64,000 bases of DNA from an uncultured Acidobacteriota bacterium (GTDB lineage: Bacteria; Acidobacteriota; Vicinamibacteria; Vicinamibacterales; CAVVIG01). This document shows, piece after piece, positions 63,589 to 64,000 of this stretch. Below the pieces are notes generated by a model. That model was not told the origin of the DNA. It was given only the letters and a program-made list of their open reading frames with translations, and searched no databases. The position numbers were made by a program, and so were the translations under genes. Position 1 is the first letter of the stretch, and every line of letters starts with the position of its first letter. Location: assembly GCA_963773035.1 (NCBI GenBank), contig CAVYZX010000026.1:70151-134150 (forward strand), given 5' to 3'.

Positions 63589-63692
63589 GTCCGATACCCC
63601 GTGCCGGCCCAGGATACAGTGTTTGTGACCATCAGGCGTTAACCTTTCGACGTGTTTCTCGTCTTATCTACCGGCTCGAGGCTTCAGAGGCC

Positions 63693-63791
63693 GTGGCTCT
63701 GATCGTGTTGGCGGCTGCTGGGCTGGCGTCACTCGCTCCGTCAGTCCGAGGCGCGCTGGTCGAGCCGATGATGGTGCTCCGCGACGAATAG
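63693..63791 (+). pseudogene. Possible remnant of an FtsX/ADOP-type permease C-terminus (about 32 codons)
   Basis: Translates as (V)ALIVLAAAGLASLAPSVRGALVEPMMVLRDE-stop. This resembles the last TM helix plus the ...P..RA..VDP..ALR.E terminus of MacB/FtsX-like permeases. The frame opens just after an in-frame TGA near 63566, and the run up to the stop at 63791 has no matching gene body. Confidence 0.3.
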
Positions 63792-63851
63792 GTTCGAAGG
63801 AACGGAGCAGCCATTCCGCCGCGAAGGCGAAATCGGCGCTACTATGCGCAG

Positions 63852-64000
63852 ATGCAAAGACGAGTGAACGCCCCCAGACTCGCGTGCGCAATATCGATCG
63901 TCGTCAGTCTGTTGGTCGTATGCCGACTCGCTGGCGCCCAATCGGCGGCGCAGGACCAGCCGCAAACGCTCCCGTCGGTGATTCCAATCTTCCCGCTCGA
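63852..64000 (+). CDS. 5' fragment of an exported protein (continues beyond the window)
   Basis: ATG at 63852. MQRRVNAPRLACAISIVVSLLVVCRLAGAQSAAQDQ... is a signal peptide. The frame is open to the window end. Confidence 0.4.
   Translation, partial: MQRRVNAPRLACAISIVVSLLVVCRLAGAQSAAQDQPQTLPSVIPIFPL

Noticed and set aside
1-64000. Search by eye for tRNA, rRNA, riboswitch (TPP, cobalamin) and CRISPR signatures in the intergenic regions
   Set aside because: No T-loop/acceptor-like GGTTCGAATCC contexts outside CDS, no rRNA-like conserved blocks, and no regularly spaced direct repeats. The leader of the TPP enzyme lacks the CUGAGA/ACCUGA TPP-riboswitch boxes. Absence should be confirmed with tRNAscan-SE and Infernal.

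Overview
GC-rich bacterial chromosomal window. By eye it is about two-thirds G+C; this was not computed. Several features suggest a soil Acidobacteriota-like genome, as inference only: many Sec/Tat-exported enzymes, a Ser/Thr kinase fused to a TolB-like propeller, a remnant resembling an ADOP/FtsX permease C-terminus, and dense palindromic intergenic repeats. I call about 55 protein-coding genes. I found no rRNA, tRNA or CRISPR array. All long antisense ORFs in the track are treated as GC-driven shadows. The main signal is a 12-member expansion of one exported protein family that I cannot name, here called the 'WEGD-motif' family. It has a signal peptide, two conserved Cys and a G-D-S-x-G-x-W-E/D-G-D-T-L-V-V core. 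It splits into four subfamilies and takes up about 12.4 kb, or about 19% of the window. Nine of the twelve lie in two tight minus-strand operons or next to them. Operon 1 (22252->16795) is degenerate MBL, two divergent members, an exported DinB, then two members. Operon 2 (28254->24017) contains a duplicated cassette of a large member followed by a small DUF6152-like protein. The predicted mature N-terminus of each small protein is His-His. The other genes are mostly exported or redox enzymes. They include five Tat-signal enzymes (Zn-ADH, TIM-barrel isomerase, DsrE-like, a TPP enzyme, an MmgE/PrpD protein), a PCMH-like flavoprotein translationally coupled to a cytochrome c, BBE/VAO oxidase, VOC, cupin, SnoaL, two amidohydrolases, arylsulfatase, an ASST-like propeller, an NHL propeller, an S41 peptidase and a TPR-VWA pair. 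There is also a wHTH-GHKL-STAS-like regulator. Mobile and repeat content is one IS5-family element sitting in a REP-like hairpin, plus at least four intergenic repeat families. These are a REP hairpin (5 copies), long nested palindromes with compensatory arm changes (4 copies), an IS-related MITE-like element (2 copies), and a 31-nt identical A/G-rich leader upstream of two unrelated genes. Two genes carry apparent +1 frameshifts, which could be real pseudogenes or assembly indels.
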